A stretch of DNA of 64,000 nucleotides from Hemiscyllium ocellatum (lineage: Eukaryota): the NCBI RefSeq assembly GCF_020745735.1, contig NC_083420.1, forward strand, positions 29,264,001-29,328,000, in the 5' to 3' direction. Position 1 is the first letter of the stretch. Every line of letters starts with the position of its first letter. A program made the translations under genes and the position numbers. The notes beneath the pieces are model-generated. The model saw nothing but the letters and a program-made list of their open reading frames with translations, made no database searches and was not told where the DNA came from. Below are positions 38,504 to 50,783 of the stretch, one piece after another.

Positions 38504-38625
38504 GGATCCAGCCCTGCTGGTGGATGCCTCATGGCATTAGCATGTGACTACCGAATTATGGCAGATAATCCAAAGTATGCAATAGGGCTAAATGAAACCA
38601 AACTTGGAATTGTTGCACCATTCTG
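38504..38625 (+). CDS. ECI1: ECI1 exon 5 (catalytic Glu in GLNET)
   Basis: Acceptor CATAG, then GSSPAGGCLMALACDYRIMADNPKYAIGLNETKLGIVAPF(W), donor GTAGGT. Confidence 0.96.
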
Positions 38626-40276
38626 GTAGGTCCTCTCAAATTTATCAATTGAACTTTATATGCATTAGTTCATTTGTAATGGAAAAAGTCAAAATGTTGT
38701 TTCACTTCATAATTGCGTGTTCGTCTTTCACTCGAACTTTAATTGTAATCAACTATGTTTCTCTGATTCTTTATCATGTCATCTCCAATTTGTATGGGTA
38801 CGTCTTACAGTACTTTCTCCTCTTCTCTTAAGTTTGATGTCTCTTCTCTCAGTATTTATGAATCTGTATTTTTCTTTCTTTATGTACGGTTGCTCATCTG
38901 GGGCAGACTTCATTTATTTCTCTGGCACTGTAAAGTATACACAATTCATGCAAATTTTAATCAAAAGGGCAGCACATCAGTTGCTGGTGAGTTTCAGTCA
39001 TAGCAGCTGATTTGCTGCCCCAAGTGATCTGGTCAGGAAATTGCAGCTCTCCATTCACTGATGTCCTTACAGTTAGTTTGAAAAGTACCTCGATTATTAT
39101 GGTTTTATGCTGGGACAAGATTCAATTGTAAATAGCAATTCTCACTTGCAGCACAGAAGCTGATATCAGAATAAGTGTTCTTAATTCAGATACGAGTGAC
39201 ATTCAAGGCTGAAGATTAAGAGGTAAAATATTATGCAGAACTGTATGGATGTGGGGCCAGTTGCAAGGTTGAACAGGAAGAGTGACTGGATAACTGAGAG
39301 GAAAGTCTTGATTCGGGCGAGTGCCTCTAGATGATTTGAAGAGAGATTTTATGAAGTGTTAGAGGTTAAGTGCCTGTAAGTTGGGATTGACTACATCTGA
39401 AACTTCATAAATTTGCAAGAGGAAAGTGCTTCTGTATTGGGGACATGCAAGAGCTGAGTGACTCCATACTGGGGTCAGTTAGACAATAATATGCTTGTGA
39501 ATTGGAGGAGTGTGTGTTTCTGAGCTGGCAGGGATTGGTGATAGAATGGGACAGTTTGAGATCAGCACAGAATGGGCGAGTATTTAAACTGAGAGAAATT
39601 AGAAGGTGAAGATGTATTGGGAAGAGTTGAAGGCTGAGTGTCTCCCTATGAAACAAGTGAATGTGGGCTAGTGAGGCAATTTTGAAAGAGTGCAAGTTCA
39701 CACCTCTGAAAGGAAAGATTCATGATTGAGACAGCCTTTAGAAAGTTTAATCTAGATAAAACAAATAACATGTATTGAATTTAATTTAGTTGTAGAATGT
39801 AAAAATGCTTCAGTTCTGATACTATGATGAATCAGAATAGACTCTTTCTCTTCTTTGCCCCAGAAAATTTTCAGGTCAAGGAAATAGCACAATTTGACCA
39901 GATTTGTGATTTGACAATTTGCTTTCCCAGTACTTTTGTCTTTCAGTTTTTGGATCCCATTTTTAAAATCTAGTTCTACTTGTCTGGTATTGAAAAGCCC
40001 TCTCGGTTTAAATTTCCAATCCTTTCCTTAAAGTTGTGTTTGAGATGAGTGGAGGAAACATAGGGTGGGTTGGGGAGAACAGAAAGGGTGAATAGGTTGT
40101 GGGAGAAAAAGTACACAATAGTTTCAAACAAAGTGGACATGATTGATGTGTACCATACTTAGCTTTGTGTCATTTTACAATGTAATTGCTTTTCCATAAC
40201 CATTTGGTGAAAGTAGCTGAACTTCTATTTTTGGTTGTTGGTCCGAAGTTGTAGCTTTTTTATTTCATCGTTAAAG

Positions 40277-40455
40277 GTTCAAGGATTCCATGATTAATGT
40301 CATTGGAAGAAGGGCCACAGAGCATTCTCTCCAGCTAGGTCTCATGTATAGTGCTTCAGATGCCTTGAAAATTGGACTTGTCGATCAACTGGTAGCACAA
40401 GATAAAATTATGACACATGCTTTGAGTGTAATGTCAGAATGGCTGGCTATTCCAG
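40277..40455 (+). CDS. ECI1: ECI1 exon 6
   Basis: Acceptor AAAG, then FKDSMINVIGRRATEHSLQLG...GLVDQLV...WLAIP, donor GTAAGG. Confidence 0.96.
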
Positions 40456-41918
40456 GTAAGGTTTTTTTCAATTTGAAAGTTGTGAAATGAATAAAAGTTC
40501 TGATTAATTCTTTTGTGAAACATTTTGTTGTTCCTGCATAAAACTAAACCCTAAATATTTACGTAGAAGCAACTAGTAATTTCTGCTTAAAATGCGGTGA
40601 GTGCTCTTAGAAACTCCATAAAATTGAATTATGGTATATAGTAACAAACTTAGGTGTGTTTCATATAAATTGTTCCTCTTCACATGAGGGAATCTTTCAA
40701 ATGTCCAGCATGTCATAATCTTGAAACTTGTTCCTCCTATATAAGATGTATTTTTCATGGCAAATAAATAAGTAAACTTAGCCCTTGTTGTCACTTTGTA
40801 GTTGTGCAGCTTGGATCAGCAACTTAGCAACATGCCAAGTTTTAAATTGTGTAATTTCCATTCCATCATGAATTGGTACTTCGATGAGTCAGCATACCTA
40901 TTTCATTATTGCAAGTCTGTATGCTGTTTGTTCATAACAAAATTATTTTGTGTACGACTTTGTAACCTTTGATTGCAAGGTAAACTCATTCTTCAAGGGA
41001 TTGATTGTGTGCTTAACATGGGATCAGTTCACTGAATGTACTGATTTGAATACAATTATGAAAGAAATTTTAATAGATGCTTTCACATGACCTAGCAAAA
41101 TGAAATTGCAAATGTCTAGTCTTCAATTCAGAATTTTTATTACTGTGGAAGAAATATCTAAATCATTACAGTGTTATGATCCCAATTGGTGGCAACACTG
41201 AACAAAGCAGATTCCAGACAAAAATCTAGCTTGATAGATCATAAATTTTATTTTTGCAGTTTGGTTACCATGGTACTTAGTCACTGAACATATTCATACC
41301 ATGTTTGCAATCTTCTTTAACACAGAACACCAGTTTATTTCATAGCACAAATAAACTACATAATATAGTTTAGAAAGATCTTAACGTCGTTGAGAAAAAG
41401 AGAAATTCAGCTCTTTTCCTGGCAATGCCCTTGGAGTGCTCAATCACAGTGATGTATCCTTCCTATATTAACTCTTCAAATTCTTACTTAACTCGGTCTT
41501 TCCATTTTGGATGGCCTAAAGATTTCTGGGCTTTTCTTTTTCAAACTCATTTGCCATTCTGATATGAGGCTGTCCTTCTAAACCGTAGTTTGATTCTTTT
41601 CAATCTACTAGTGGCTCCTGATTTTGTTTTTCCCATCTATCACAAAACTGAGCATTGTAAACACTCCATCAACTAAGTACTTGCGAGGCAGTTTACCAAA
41701 GTCATATGATTGCTTGGAAATTGTGCATTTTATTTGCATTTCCAAATAACTTCTCTTTTTAAAGGTAACTTTCACAAAACTGAAACCATACATATATTTA
41801 CCTCTCCTTCAAAATTTCAAATTCCTAAATGACTGCAGAATATTATGCACCTTTATCACAGCAGTAAAGTTTTGTCTCAAGTGCCACTGCCATGCCTTCT
41901 TTGTCATTTATTTCACAG

Positions 41919-42085
41919 ATCATGCTCGACAAATTACCAAATCCATGATGAGGAAGCCAACACTCGATCGACTTCTAACCAACAGAGAATCAGACATACA
42001 AAATTTTGTTAATTTCATCAGCAAAGATTCCATTCAGAAGTCTCTCCAACTGTACTTGGAGATGCTGAAGCAAAGAAAAAGCTAA
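41919..42085 (+). CDS. ECI1: ECI1 exon 7 (terminal)
   Basis: Acceptor CACAG, then DHARQITKSMMRKPTLDRLLTNRESDIQNFVNFISKDSIQKSLQLYLEMLKQRKS*. The joined CDS is 921 nt (306 aa). Confidence 0.96.
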
Positions 42086-42090
42086 ATAAA
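42085..42090 (+). terminator. Candidate polyadenylation hexamer overlapping the ECI1 stop codon
   Basis: The sequence reads AGC TAAATAAA, with AATAAA starting inside the TAA stop. Confidence 0.4.
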
Positions 42091-44155
42091 TGTACTCTAA
42101 AAAAGAATCCCAATATATTTGTTTACATGGTATGATGGATAATAATTTTTCAGATTTTTGTACAGGATTTTCTCTTTCAATTGAATATTATTAACGTTAG
42201 ATTATTGAATATTGTTTGTAGTTTTTCAAATTGATTTTGCAAAATGTATCAATTTATATCCTAACTCTTTGCAATATTAAACTTGAAGATGTGTAATTCT
42301 GCTGCCAATATCTTGGCAGAATTGATTGTGTAATTTAATCTGGGAGAAGAAATTGTTTGTGTGCATTTTTTAAGTTAATCTCCAAATGTGTTCTTTACTG
42401 ATTTAGTTGCATTTAGATCACGAGTTTCATATTACCCAGGTGACCACCAGTTTATTTTTGTAGCAGACCTAAACGGTGTTTACATTTCTGTTTTATGGTG
42501 TTCTTAACAAGTGTCTATCAAATGAATTGCTTGTAAATAACAAATAACTGTGAGCTAGGCCTATATTCAAATGTATTTACAATATAAATTGATATTACTT
42601 AAATATTTCATGCCAATATTGTATTTTTAAAATGCATTAATGAAGTGGGAGATTCATGTGAAGAGATAATAACTGTTCAGAAAATGTGAGATAGGAGAAA
42701 TTGCTAAAGTAGTCTGGGTAGAAATGAATAACGTGACGAAATGATACACAGCAATTGCTTTCATTTAGTACTACACTGTTTTAATGTATGAAAGTCTGAA
42801 GTTGATTTACAGGGCCATATGAAAAAAATGAATACGGAGACATGATTAGGGGGAGGTGACCAACCCTTGGTCAGGGAATGTGTTTTAATGAAAGTCTTAT
42901 TAAAAGAACAGCAAAGTGAAGAGCTTTAACACAGAATCATAGGTTATAAGGACAAGATGGCTGAATGGCAGGAGACAGCAGAAGGGATAATGAGAAGCAT
43001 GCGATACAAGTTCAAATCCTTGAGAGCAAGTCATGAGTATTTCCTGTGGAGAAGGACATGTCAGACATGAAATGTGAGGAAATAGATAGTGACATCTTGA
43101 AAAATGTCCATATTACAGAGCAGGTGGTGCTGGCTAACTTAATGCATACAGTTGGATAAATCCCCAGGACCTGATCAGGTGTACCCCTGAACTCCGTAGG
43201 AAGCTAGGGAAGTGATTGGTGGGCCCCTTGCTGAGCCATTTGAATCATCGATAGTCACAGATGAGGTTATGGAGGAATGGAGGTTGGCTGACATGGTGCC
43301 ACTATTTAAGAAAGGTGGTAAGGACAAGCCAGGCAACTATAGACCAGTAAGCCTGATATCAATGGTGGACAAGTTGTTGAAGAGAATCCTGAGGGACTGG
43401 ATTTACACGTATTTGGAAAGGCAAGGACTGATTAGGGATAGTCAACATTAGGGCTTTGTGCATGGGAGGTCATGTCTCTCGAACTTGACTGCATTTCTTT
43501 GAAGAAATAACAAAAAGGATTGATGAGGGCAGAGCAGTAGACGTGATCTATATGGACTTCAGTAAGGCATTCTACAAGGTTCCTCATGGCAGACTTGTTA
43601 GCAAGGTTGGATCTCCTGGTATACAGGGAGAACTAGCCATTTGGATACAGAACTGGCTCGAAGGTAGAAGACACACACACACACACACGTTTGTTTGCCC
43701 TGTACAGAGGGTGGGGGTGGAGAGTTGCTTTTCAGACTGGAGGCTGCTGGTGTGCCACCAGGATCAGTGCTGAGTCAACTGCTTTTCATCATTTATATAA
43801 ATGATTTGGATACGAGCAAAAGAGATATAGTTAGTAAGCTTGCAGATGACACAAAAATTGAAGGTGTAATGGACAGATTACAATGGGATCTTGATCAGAT
43901 GGGCCAATGGGCTGAGAGGCAGATGGCGTTTAATTTAGTTGTGAGGTGCTGCATTTTGGAAAAGCAAATCATAGCAGGACTTATACATTTAATGATAAGG
44001 TCCTAGGGAGTGTTGCTGAACAAAAAGACCATGGAGTGCAGGTTCATAGCTCCTGGAAAGTAGAGTCGCAGGTAGAATAGTGAAGAAGGCATTTGGTATA
44101 CTTTCCTTTATTGGTCAGAGCATTGTGAAACTTGAAAGGGTTCAGAAAAGATTTA

Positions 44156-45201
44156 CAGAGGAACCTCGATTATCTTAACGAGATGGGTGGGCACTACTTT
44201 GTTCAGATAATTGATTATTCAGTTAATTAATTCAAAGCCTCTCCTCTGGGGCTCGGAGTTTTCTGAAGTTTCCTTTTACCTCGCTCTGCCTGCCTTGCTC
44301 TCTCTGTCGCAGGGTTTGTTTCTGAGCAGGCACACATGTATGTATAAGGGACGTGCAGTATTGCTGAAGTCTCCCACACCCCCAATCAGTTCAATGAGAT
44401 TGGCACAGCGAGTACTTGCAAGGTCCACTCCCCGTTCAAGAGAGTAGGTAGCAGCACACCACATGCATGTCCCTGCCCCTGTCCAACCTGACCGCCTTGC
44501 ACCCAGTGCACCGCTGTCCACCCCCACCCCTTCTCCGGGACAACCGAACTGGACTCAACAGTAAGACTGCTGCTGCCTTTGGAGGGTGTGTCAAAATAAC
44601 ACACACACACAGGTTTGCCCTGTACAGGACAATATTGGAGATATTATCTGGGGAAGAGGGGTTAAGGGTACACCCCTGTGTAGAACTTCAGGGAAAGGGC
44701 AGGCGGTTAGCCATTTGGAGATGGTGCCTGGGTTCCCATCGATGTCCATGCCTATTCTCGAAAGCATTTCAGTAAGCCGAGTTCATTTTTAATCATTGTA
44801 AACAAAAGATGTGGTCTGTGTTAAAACACTTCTGATGTAATGGTTCTATTGGGACCTTGAGATTAGATTAGATTAGATTACTTACAGTGTGGAAACAGGC
44901 CCTTCGGCCCAACAAGTCCACACCGACCCGCCGAAGCGCAACCCACCCATACCCCTAACCTAGCACTATGGGCAATTTAGCATGGCCAATTCACCTGACT
45001 CGCACATCTTTGGACACCGGGAGGAAACCAGAGCACCCGGAGGAAACCCACGCAGACGTGGGGCGAACGTGCAAACTCCACACAGTCAGTCGCCTGAGGC
45101 GGGAATTGAACCCAGGTCTCTGGCGCTGTGAGGCAGCAGTGCTAACCACCGTGCCGCCCATCTTTGGATAATCTGACATTTGGATAATCGAGGTTCCTCT
45201 G
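44156..45201. mobile_element. Non-autonomous Tc1/mariner-pogo (Tigger-type) element
   Basis: Perfect 19-bp TIRs CAGAGGAACCTCGATTATC and a TA duplication on both sides (44154-44155, 45202-45203). Confidence 0.92.
44861..45159 (-). mobile_element. V-SINE (HE1-like, tRNA-derived)
   Basis: tRNA-like head GGCACGGTGGTTAGCACTG...GGTTCAATTCC, V-domain GTGTGGAGTTTGCAC...GGGTTTCCTCCGGGTG, CR1-like tail and (TCTAA)n. Confidence 0.9.
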
Positions 45202-46199
45202 TATGAGGATGTTGCCAGAGTTGGAGAGTTTGAGCTATAGGGAGAGGCTGAATAGGCTGGGGCTGTACTCCCTGGAGCATCGAAGGCTGAGGCGTGACCT
45301 TATAGATGTTTATAAAATCATGAGGGGCACGGATAGAATAAACAGATAAGGTCTTTTCCTTGGGCTGGGGGAGTCCAGAATTAGAGGGCATAGGTTCAGG
45401 GTGAGAGGGGAAAGATATAAAAGAGACCTTAAGGGGCAACCTTTTCACGCAGAGGATGGTGTGTGTATGGAATGAGCTGACAGAGGAAATGGTGGAGGCT
45501 GACACAATTACAGCATTTAAAAAGCACCTGGATGGGTATATAAATAGGAAAGATTTAGAGGGATACAGCCAAGTGCTGACATATGGTACAAGATTAGGTT
45601 AGAATGTCTGGGCGGCATAGATAAGCTGAATCAACTGGGATGTTTCCATGCTGTATATCTCTATGACTTTATGACACTGCTGACTATTACAGACAATGTG
45701 AGAAGTAAATACAGTATTAGTCTAGATTAAGTAGTTATGAGCAGAAGTTGAGTCCTGGTGTAATTCTGCATTAAGACCAAAAAGTAACATGCTTGAAAGG
45801 GATATTAATTAAAAACAATAATAGAAAACAAGAGATAGTATTGAAATTATAAGCAACATGGAAGAAAAAATATATCCACAAAAGAAGCATGCAACAGTGA
45901 AGACCACAACAGCTAAATTAAGGATATAATCTGATCAACAACGGTACAAGTTTGAAACATTTGGCCTTAGTGGCAATCTGCTGTGCTAGAGTACAAAACT
46001 GGCTGGGAATAATTGTAGATGAATTTGGATTTTATTGAAGTTTGATCCCACGTGGTGTCCCAAAAGGATTTATGCTCACATGATCCACTTCATTTTTCAT
46101 ACTCAGCTACTTTGGCTACCAGTATGGCAGTGCTTCAATTTTAAAATCTTCATGCTTGTTTCTAAATCCCTGTAAGACATTACCACTCCCTAGCTACGT

Positions 46200-46470
46200 C
46201 AGCATTTATGGCCCATCCCTAAATATCATTGAGAAGGTGGTTGTGAGCTGCTGCCTTGAACTGGCATAGACCCTTTGTGTAGGTTCACCACAGTGCTGTT
46301 AGCAAAGGAGTTCTGGGAATGTGATCCTATGGCAGTGAAGGAACGGCAATAATAGTTCCAAGTTACAATAGTATGTGGTTTGGAGAGAAATTTGCAGATG
46401 GTGGTGTTCCCATCCTTTTGCTGCCTTTATGCTTCTCAACAGGAGTTGTCACAGATTTGGAAACTTAAAG
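46200..46470 (-). mobile_element. Old LINE 3' fragment (CR1/L2 group)
   Basis: AGCATTTATGGCCCATCCCTAA...GAGAAGGTGGTTGTGAGC resembles a recurrent shark LINE end (recalled, not searched). Confidence 0.45.
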
Positions 46471-49400
46471 TTAGTACATGCATGTTGTCATTTCAATGCT
46501 CGTCTGGAATTACAAAGACTATCATGATGAGTCACCAGTGTTTAAAAACATTCCTGTCTTGCTGATGTGAAACTCTTAGCTAGTGACCAAGCTAGTGCAT
46601 AAGACAATCTGGCTAATGATTGTATTAAACTTCCAGAAGACATTTGATAAAGTTCTGGATGTTACTTTTTAATAAAAACAAATATCTTGGAACTAGATGC
46701 ACATTAAGTAGCATAGTTCATGGAATTAAGTTGTAGTTTGGGGGAGTAGGTTTGAAATCTGTGCCATTGTTCCTGATATTGCTTCATTATTACATATTGT
46801 TTTATAGTTGTTATAGCTAAAGTAATCAATGAAGTATTATTCTGTTACTGTGCTGCACTTGTATTTAATGAATTATGCTAATGATACAAATCTTCAAGTT
46901 ACTGAAATTTTAATTTCTGGTGAGGGATCTTTGCAGAGCAACACTTATGTTTAAATTTCCAGTTTTGCTGACAAGAAAGCCTGTTAAATTAGAATTGATG
47001 AAACAGTGTTGAAATATCAGCTGTCCTATTACATCCAGTTCTGGCTGCTGCACTTTCAGAAGGTTATGCAGACATTGAAAGAAGACAGAAAAGATTCACA
47101 AGAACAATTCCAGGGATGAAGAATTTGAAATTAGAACTTTTGGAGAACAGAATTTTGAGAGGAGATTTGATAGAAAATTCAAAATCATGGGGACAGTGTA
47201 GGTTTGGAGAAACTATTCCCAATTGTAAAACGATGGAGAAAAATAGGGTACAGATTTAAAGTAATTGACAAAACCAAAGTGTTAGAAAGAACTACATAAG
47301 GCAGTGAATTTTTCAGGCCTGGAATGCAATGCCTGAGCGTGTGGTGAAGCCAGGTTCAGTTGAAACATTCAGAGAAAATTGGACCGCTAATTGAAAAGGG
47401 ACAAAATGTATTACAGCAAGTAGATAGGTCAATGGCAATAACTGAAATGTTCAGTTGGTGAGGTCATAATGGACCAAATGGAGAATGACACAATCATAGC
47501 ATGAATACAGCACAGAAGGGAGCCGTTTGGCCTGTCATGTGTGTCCTGGGTCTATGTATGAGCAACTCACTTATGTATGAGCAGCTCATCCTCTGCCTTT
47601 CCCCTGAGTTTTGCATATTTTCCATTCAGACAATTTCCAATTCCCTTTTTAAAAGTTGTGATTAAATCCACATTAGCCATATGCTTAGGCAATGCTTTCC
47701 AGCTCCCAGCCACTTGCTGTCTACAAAGACAAGTTTTTTCTGCATTTTGCTTTTAGCTTAAATGGATGATCTCTGGTTCTCCACTTTTCTGTCAGTTGGA
47801 ACATTATTTCTCTATCTACTATGTCCAGGCCCCTCAACGTTGAAAATGATCAGATCTTCTCGAAGGAGAGTGCATCCAGCTTCTCCAATCTACTTAAATA
47901 ACTGAAGTCTGTAAAAGCATTCCTGGAAGTCTTTTCTGCACTCTTAAATGCATGTTGTCATATCAGTGCCAAAGTGTGGTGCCCAAAATTGGATACAATA
48001 TTCCAGTTGAAGTTGAGCTGGTGTTTTTAACAATGGTTGCCTGAAGCTTCCTTGCTTTTGTATATGCTGAGTGTTGAGAGCTGAGAGTTTTTATTGTGGC
48101 AAGCAAGTGCCCAGATGCACCCACTATTTTACATGCATTTGTTTATTCAGAGTTGCAGATTATTGACCAAGCTACATTAATAATTGATAGGTATCAATAT
48201 TTTTGAGGCATTTTACCTTGCAAAAGCTACTGGACAGCCCACACTGGGAGTATTATATGATTTTGATAACTATACTCCAGAAGGGTTTGAAAAGATCAGA
48301 GTTGGGCAATATAGCTGATCCTATAAACAAAGGAAATAAATTGACACAAACATGGAGATCTAAACTTATTTAGATTTATGCAAAGAATAACATAGTCCAG
48401 TTTTTGATTATATTCAGGTATCTGTAAGCATGCCTTTAATTTTGGACAGATCAATTCATAAGGACACATTTTAAATGATCAAGGAACTTCAGGTATTAAA
48501 TAACTGCTTTTCTTCAGAATATTTGCCTAAACACATTGCCCATAATAACAATTTATATTATTAATATCACTATACAAGTGATATTATTTGAGAGAAATGA
48601 GTCATACTTTATGGTGAACAAAGATTATAATGGAGTAATTTAGTTACTGAGAATAAATTGAGAATACAATGGACTCTGTGCTGCTTCTGTTGAGGTAAAT
48701 ACCTGTGAGCATACAAATTAAAAACAGGGACAACCTTTTGACTCTGAAGCTTGCTCAGGCATTCAACAGCATAATGACTATTCTGATTGTAGTCCCATCC
48801 CTACATTCTTGCCTGCTCCCAATAAGGTTTGACTGCCTTGTTAATCAAGAAAATTGCTACCTCTATCTTAAAAATACTCACTGATCCAGCCTCCACCATT
48901 CTCTGGGCAAGAGACTTCTAAAGATTCAAAATCCTCAGGGGAGGGGAAAAAAACATTTCATTTCTGCATGAGGTGAAAAAACACTTAGTTTTAAACTGTG
49001 TGCCTCACAATTGCAAATCTATTTGATTATCAGGAAAATGGAGATGGATGATTAGTTTTGGGTTATTGGTCATTCAGCTGATAAGGTCAAAGAATTCTTC
49101 TGGAGAATTTCAGGATATTAAGTGAATGGACTAATGCTTAAGTTGAGATAAACAGATGTCTTCAGCAAAAGTAAGCTTAAAAGGGCATTGTTGTGTTTTT
49201 CTCTTAAGCAGCACTCTAACAACATGTCTAAGTTTGGAAAAATTCTTATTCTAAACATGGATATAGCAATGACTTTCCATAGTTTGCTATTTCTAGAAGG
49301 ATTTTATGCCAAATGTCAAGCAGTAATGCATTAAATTCTGTTATATTATACTTTTATTGAGTATTCGTAAATTCAATGAGGACACATTGCTTTTTCGTTG

Positions 49401-49912
49401 AAAAATCACAAAGTAATAGTTAACAATGAGAAGCAAGAATTACATCACAAATATGACTGATTAAGCATGTTTAATTAAAAATCAGAGACAATAAAGATCT
49501 AAATCATATAACATTTCTTAAAATTTTTGAAGATCCCTGGCATTGAAGCCCCCTTTCCATAAATCATTACTCCAGTGACCCCCATTCCTCATACAACAGT
49601 TCATAGAAATGTCACTACCAAGAAAAGTAATGAATATGGATGGCTGCCATGGAAGAAATTAGGAAGGGAGAGAGGGCAATGATCTTAAAAAAGTGATAGG
49701 GACATGGATAGAAAATTACATCATTTAATAAAAATATTTGATGGTAGAGGTTATAATAATGGCAATATCATTTTAAATAATTATGACTACAATGTCAACA
49801 GAAATCACTAGCTTAAATTGAGATATATATTTTGACAATGTTTGTTATAAAGCATCATGTTAACTTAGGTTGATGATGCTTAGGTCATGAACTTGCACTG
49901 TTAATTACTTCC

Positions 49913-49966
49913 TTATGCAGCACCAAGACTTACTTCCACTGGATAATGGTCACTAATTGCAAGGGT
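49913..49966 (-). CDS. DNASE1: DNase I coding exon 8 (terminal; catalytic His252 motif)
   Basis: Acceptor TTACAG, then TLAISDHYPVEVSLGAA*. Confidence 0.92.
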   Translation of the reverse strand, partial: TLAISDHYPVEVSLGAA

Positions 49967-50686
49967 CTGTAAAAATAAAAACAGCAAATGGTGATTTCAG
50001 TCTCTGCTCTCTCTCTCAGTTGATTGCATCCATCCCGGCCTCCCTGTTTGGGAAGTTGAGTACATTGAAGTCTAGGTTTTAGTATTACTCTAGCTAATTG
50101 GTACTGGCTTTTCAAGTAAAGTAGTTTTCTCAGAAATAACTTTCTTTATCTTGAGATATAACACTTAACTGTACTGTCATAGACATTTTCATTTAACAAC
50201 TTAGACGACTGATGAAGCTCGCTTGACAGAATGATTGAGGTCAAAACTCAGTCAAAGCTGCAAGTTAATATTATACTTGGTGAATGAGAATTAGATGTAC
50301 TGTAACCACTTCTCTCAATGCATTAGATAATGGTTAACAGACTATTTTATCAGGTAGAAGTATATTCCAAAATATTGAAAGCTAATTCTGATGCTTTGTC
50401 TTAATTAGATAATTCGGTAAATTGATAATCATATGTTTACAAATATCCCACTAAGAAAACTTCCTCTGTAGAAGCATTCTTTTAGAGCCACTTCACTAAA
50501 TGTTGCAAAATCACATTTTAAAAAAAAAAATCAACATTTCCAGCTGATTTGATTTGATCAATATCTCAAATTTGTTTGGAACCATTGCTGTGGCCTTGGC
50601 AAATGCCACAATAGAATCTTTTCTGTAAAGTTCTACAGACTGCCATGACTGGTATTTATAGTTCATGTTTGTAAATCTAAACTTAC

Positions 50687-50783
50687 CATTTTAGTGTTGA
50701 AATTGAAAACTTTACTGAAATTGTAAATACCAGCTGATCCATCAATTATAGCATTGTTCATTTCTGAGCCAACAGCTATGATT
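50687..50783 (-). CDS. DNASE1: DNase I coding exon 7
   Basis: Acceptor TTCCAG, then IIAVGSEMNNAIIDGSAGIYNFSKVFNFNTKM, donor GTAAGT. 97 nt. Confidence 0.9.

Larger units (their letters stand above)
43044..45675 (+). mobile_element. CR1-type LINE interrupted by a MITE
   Basis: Motifs DKSPGPD, EWRLADMVPLFKK, IYMDFSKAF and KLADDTK. The LINE resumes after 45203 and ends in a CTATGACT tail. Confidence 0.9.

Noticed and set aside
45085-45159. tRNA gene
   Set aside because: The A/B-box region is the head of a V-SINE and continues into the V-domain and LINE-like tail. There is no complete cloverleaf.
48562-48586. 10-bp stem hairpin TAATATCACT/AGTGATATTA
   Set aside because: Short and AT-rich, so expected by chance.
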